A DNA stretch of 64,000 nt from positions 9,973 to 73,972 of the forward strand of contig JAIDCZ010000029.1 in NCBI GenBank assembly GCA_029055565.1, read 5' to 3'. Source of the stretch: Clostridiales bacterium. GTDB lineage: Bacteria > Bacillota > Clostridia > Christensenellales > Pumilibacteraceae. Positions within the stretch are counted from its first letter, which is position 1. Every line of letters begins with the position of its first letter. The notes under the pieces are model-generated. The model was not told the origin of the DNA. It searched no databases and was given only the letters and a program-made list of their open reading frames with translations. Positions 61,601-64,000 of this stretch are shown here, one piece after another. Both the position numbers and the translations under genes were made by a program.

Positions 61601-64000
61601 CGGACGCGGGCACGTTTATATCTTTGGTGCGCGCAATCGGCACGTACACAAGCGCCGTTTTGTCCGCGTTGTACAATATTCCGTCGTCCGACGAATAGTG
61701 CGCTCCGCCGGTCGCCACGTTGAGCGTGGCAAGCTTGGTACCGTCAAACGACGGATACGCGCTGGTGTATGAGGAAGTATTGCTTTGATATCCTACACGT
61801 ACGCCGCTTACCACCCAGTCCTTGCCGCTGGCATTTACGTGCGCGTCGGCAAGCCGCGACGGAAGGGTCATAGTAGTGATGCCCGAGCAATACTGGAAGG
61901 AGCCGTCGCCAAGTGAAAAATCGCCCGTGCCGCCGTCGGCAAACGTTACAGTGTGTAGCTTCATTGTCGGTCTGGTGTTGGTCGTCGACGCTTGACCGAT
62001 AACGCCGGACGAAAACGCTTTTTTGCCTATTGCGGTAAGCTGGGTAGTACCTACGTTATATTCTCCGTTCCTTACACTCGCGGGCACATGAATTTTTTCA
62101 AGCGCCGTGCAGTTAAAGAAGCAGTAGTCTGGTATGCGTGTAAGGCCCTCGGGCAGTTCTACGTCGGTAAGCGATTTACAGCCCGCAAAAACTCCGTAAT
62201 AGGAGTAGGTCGGACCACCCGTCGAACTGCCGGAGCCGGTAGACGTTTCGTAGCCGTCTTTCATGACCAGCGGCAAGGGTTTGCCGTCCTCACCGTTGTC
62301 GCGCTTGGCAAACGTTACGGTTTTAAGCGCCGAGCAGTTGGTAAACACGTATTCCATTTCGGTTACAGTACCGGGTATGTCGACTGTTGTCAAGCTGATA
62401 CAAGAATCGAACATACCGGCCGGCATAGCCTTTAAGCCCTTAGGCAAGACAACCGATTGCAGTCTGATGCAAGACAAAAACAGCTTGCTTTCGCCTTTCT
62501 TTACGTTGACGGGGAAATATGCATCGAGCCAAGGCGAGGCTGTGTTGGCGGAATTCTTGTCGTTTTCAAATACCTCAAAAATCAAATCGCCGCTTGCCTT
62601 GTCCTCGAATCTGACCTTGGTTATATTGCTTTTATAAAAGGCCATGGCGCCTATTTCCTTTACCGACGCGGGAATAACCACCTCGTCGGTCATTTGGTCG
62701 CCTACCGATTCGCCGACGCCGGCAAACGCCATTTCGCCTATGCGCTCCGCGCCGCTCGGGATGTAAATACTGTCAAGCTTTGCCGCTTGCAACAGCATTC
62801 TGTTGGGAATGGACTTCACTCTTTCGGGCAAGCGGAATTCGGTCAGCTTCCCACAAACGGCAAACGCGCCGTCGCCTATCTTCAGCTCCGCAGTGCCGTT
62901 CGGCTCAAATATCACCTTTTCCAAATTGGTGCATTGACGGAACGCGCCATCGCCTATCTCTATTACGTTTTTGCTTATGGTTATTTCCGTAACGTTGGAC
63001 TTGCCGGAAAACGCGCCGCCGCTTATTTTGGTAACGGTAGCGGGTATCTGGTAGTTACCCTCCTTGCCGAACGGATAGAACAATATTTCCGTTTTGTCCT
63101 TGCTAAACAGAACGCCGTCCACGCCGGTAAGCACGGGGTTGTTGGGATCTACTTCCACGGTGGTAAGGTTGTTACAGCCCGCAAATACGCCGCCGCTGAA
63201 TTGGGTTACGTTGGCTGGCAGCTTGATAGTGGTAAACGACGTGCAGTTGGCAAACGCTTGGTCGCCTATTGCTATATCCTTGCCGTTGGGCGCGTACTCG
63301 ACGGTGCCCAGCTTGTCGCAACCGTAAAACGCGCCTTCCTTTACGTTGGACAACGACGCGGGCAGCGTTACCTTGGTTATGGGGCAGCGCGCAAATGCGT
63401 ACTCGCCTATTTCGGCAACGCCGCTGTCCTTTTGGAATTCTATGGTGCTGAGCTTACTGCAGAAGTACGACGCTGTTTCGGTCTTATTGCCAAATGCGTT
63501 TTTGCCGATAACGAGGTCGGCGGCGACGCCGTCACCGCTCTTAAACGTAACGGTGGCAAGCTCCGTGCAGCCGTATACGGTTGTGTCCGTCGTAGCGTCG
63601 GCCAGCCTTACCTTGTAGCCGGTAAAGGCTTCCTCCTCTATTTCGTTTACCCAGTTGGGTATGATAATCTGCGTTATCTTGCGGCAGTTGGAAAAAGCGC
63701 GCCTACCTATCTTCACTATACCGGCGGGAACGGTAAATACGCCCACACGGTCCTTAGGACAATACAGTATCGTGGCGTCGGCGCCCTTAGAGCAAAGCAA
63801 GCCGTCTATGCTTTGAAAGTACGCATTGCCGGAATCCACCTCGACGGTAGTAAGTGCGCTGCAGTTTACAAACACGTCTATATTAAAATCGGGATTGGCA
63901 ATAGCCGCATTGGTCGTGGAATTCCACACTACGATCTCGCGCGCGGGCAACGTCACCTTGGTCGTTTTGCTAGCATTGTTAAATGCGCCGCTTTCCAGTC
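55680..64000 (-). CDS. Giant BspA-type LRR protein (>2,700 aa; 5' end outside window)
   Basis: Open frame to window edge with dozens of IP..V..IG..AF repeats and GVLFSKDKT.L..YP blocks; Trp-rich C-terminal cap. Confidence 0.93.
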   Translation of the reverse strand, partial: LESGAFNNASKTTKVTLPAREIVVWNSTTNAAIANPDFNIDVFVNCSALTTVEVDSGNAYFQSIDGLLCSKGADATILYCPKDRVGVFTVPAGIVKIGRRAFSNCRKITQIIIPNWVNEIEEEAFTGYKVRLADATTDTTVYGCTELATVTFKSGDGVAADLVIGKNAFGNKTETASYFCSKLSTIEFQKDSGVAEIGEYAFARCPITKVTLPASLSNVKEGAFYGCDKLGTVEYAPNGKDIAIGDQAFANCTSFTTIKLPANVTQFSGGVFAGCNNLTTVEVDPNNPVLTGVDGVLFSKDKTEILFYPFGKEGNYQIPATVTKISGGAFSGKSNVTEITISKNVIEIGDGAFRQCTNLEKVIFEPNGTAELKIGDGAFAVCGKLTEFRLPERVKSIPNRMLLQAAKLDSIYIPSGAERIGEMAFAGVGESVGDQMTDEVVIPASVKEIGAMAFYKSNITKVRFEDKASGDLIFEVFENDKNSANTASPWLDAYFPVNVKKGESKLFLSCIRLQSVVLPKGLKAMPAGMFDSCISLTTVDIPGTVTEMEYVFTNCSALKTVTFAKRDNGEDGKPLPLVMKDGYETSTGSGSSTGGPTYSYYGVFAGCKSLTDVELPEGLTRIPDYCFFNCTALEKIHVPASVRNGEYNVGTTQLTAIGKKAFSSGVIGQASTTNTRPTMKLHTVTFADGGTGDFSLGDGSFQYCSGITTMTLPSRLADAHVNASGKDWVVSGVRVGYQSNTSSYTSAYPSFDGTKLATLNVATGGAHYSSDDGILYNADKTALVYVPIARTKDINVPASVELVKNFAFYKNVGVQKVTFLERTSADVATQADGDEPTTSAAPKGLVIGENAMATSAGAFAGSKVQEVYFPKHLSQITSYAFHGCTALTKIEFAQGTTGLTSIDSDAFNTDAALLSVILPDSVTTIGDRAFRGNSKLATFSVSANSKLTAIGVEAFYGTALTEFYVPAAQSFNLGVGAFSNCPKLATVHLPNTVTNFDGLFTGSYALSNLDIYAVQDEQGNDLQGTLTSDNGVIYLDGGKTLSYYPIGKTDKSYTIPVGVTKIAAGAFMNNGYLEEIKIPNTVELILDKAFYMMPSLKKVEFERDTTLHYVKLTDAEKETYTGDRYIKIVNGGEEEYAKAPDGAEDVYKLLPVPDSLKIGVTVNATTGEVKNSDGSTSTGVFAFCQSLEVVNLPTRTEHISGFSFYFCKNLHTVTFDENCRLGVITKCLFSNTALQYGGTREQIEENDKNPFVLPPSMKEFAAGSTTADENRNPFGKVTKLVIPSSVTKVGNYTFHNSEYLQEVEFTGDKNTVLVTQGTNMFKLCSQLRSVIFTNKITTITSNMFQDCSSLTTVAFEKPATGQTLEAGIRIPSTVTKIDGSAFSGCSSLTAVVLPASGLANIAGSAFLKCYNLATITYNEENTDYDLYLPTSITTIGSAAFAGTKVTKAYIPSSVTSFSAPFSYNAKYIDGTAVYCDKLQKVVFASDNNNTKFTSLPSDTFMKLEALEEVVLPTNQKFVTINTAAFAFSGLKHITIPANVTKISRGAFAYCARLEKVSFAEGSTVLTVENGTYNAYSIYNNTYLNSYNYLGAFAHSGTDNGRAEAKAKAEAADATDEVKAAYAANYIIDMSKRKITKADKWIFFDTMNLDVKLSEETTEIATQAFQNAYIDKIVIPAKTTQIRIAAFTNSKIKEIEFAAADTEVTIAAGTKTDNDTDSNRAYNGAFAYCSELTKVDMSGRKITTIPNYTFYKCPNIDEIKWSVDTAATETEPMTTHTTTIGNWAFEYSFAIDELDLPRGITSIGQWAFGYGSIANLKLPNTLSDLQYAAFYQAGLQTVEFEDNSVITTFGLDSRSLGWTFGYNTELTTVKLPESLKVIPADAFNKTGLISITIPKSVTTIGNYAFGATPSLKTITFEKDNDGNCALTTLNEGAFNGTGISSIIIPKGVTAISAYMFGGCNALETIEFEKDDDGNCALTYIGNNSFRSTVITSIVIPKSVTEIGNYAFDNNPALASVTIEKDENGDCALTTIGAGAFNVSSITEFVIPKSVTSLNANPFRYCSKLTSLTVEDGSEAFVVENNVVYSADKSILFVYAAGIEGAFAIPSDVVEIGDYAFAGSKFAGAVNVSLGGFTVGDYAFEGCGVTSVTLGGGVIIGNSAFADNVQLASVTVGDNATIGESAFAGCVGLNSVAMGEGAVIGIKAFADDAALTAVNLPTGATVMLDSFVGSGVKLDNVLKADTQLKYGELDAYIDGTVVFGDVNSAVAALKANANLENVVLAEGITSIANNAFKDVTNLKKITLPSTLTTIGSYAFQNCTGLTEVVFAKDAQGNTALDDIGIYAFNNTGIVSIVIPKSVTKFRYYAFYNCAKLTKVEFEAGSGVTGFQATTASNIGSSVDSRNFANCPMLETVILPENITFIPMTMFENSGITHITIPATVTKIYKNAFLNCKQLETVTFAKNANGGTALTEINESAFNSSGITSIAIPATVTTFGTKAFQNCASLESVTFEKDADGNCAFKTFGTYSFEGTAIKSISIPRLVTSVNANAFNGVSTLTSVTFERDEDGNCALTSIAKSAFAGTGITAISIPRTVTEIGGESSDGKDPAGAFYNCASLANVTFETDENGVGSLKYIYSYAFAGTAIAQITLPSTAGTASYTIYYNAFADCSNLELVRWGENSDGNSATATIYPKAFANTPKLKNFIIGNRVKPYNDAFVGWGSDITIYVVGLPGPNTAWALNRWLHKCDAKWVWYWSEDKGFLNADGKFENEVNNA

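Noticed and set aside
55680-64000. Diversity-generating retroelement targeting the LRR genes
   Set aside because: No reverse transcriptase and no adenine-mismatched template/variable repeat pair seen in the window; could lie elsewhere.

Overview
Chromosomal window from a gut-type, probably spore-forming Firmicute (Clostridia-like), about 50% GC by eye, most genes on the minus strand. Housekeeping genes include trxA, pepV, gltX, ftsH, glpK, veg, malQ, rpmG-secE-nusG-rplKAJL, proS, tRNA-Met and tRNA-Glu. Accessory highlights: (1) a tight four-gene operon with probable bile-acid 3alpha- and 12alpha-hydroxysteroid dehydrogenases followed by the electron-bifurcating transhydrogenase NfnAB, preceded by a 20-aa uORF; (2) a MoxR AAA+/DUF58/BatA-vWA/vWA/membrane-protein cluster between a BspA-type LRR lipoprotein and a giant (>2,700 aa, truncated by the window edge) BspA LRR protein; (3) a stand-alone lambda-like switch of two divergent HTH genes and three 17-bp operators with no phage genes; (4) a decayed low-GC island at tRNA-Glu (serine recombinase remnant, ECF sigma, secreted Cys-peptidase-like protein, anti-sigma-like protein); (5) a candidate orphan sRNA; (6) several families of intergenic palindromic or tandem repeats; (7) several apparently leaderless genes. 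No CRISPR array, rRNA or intact transposase/integrase was seen. All family assignments come from motif recognition and recalled sequences, not database searches.
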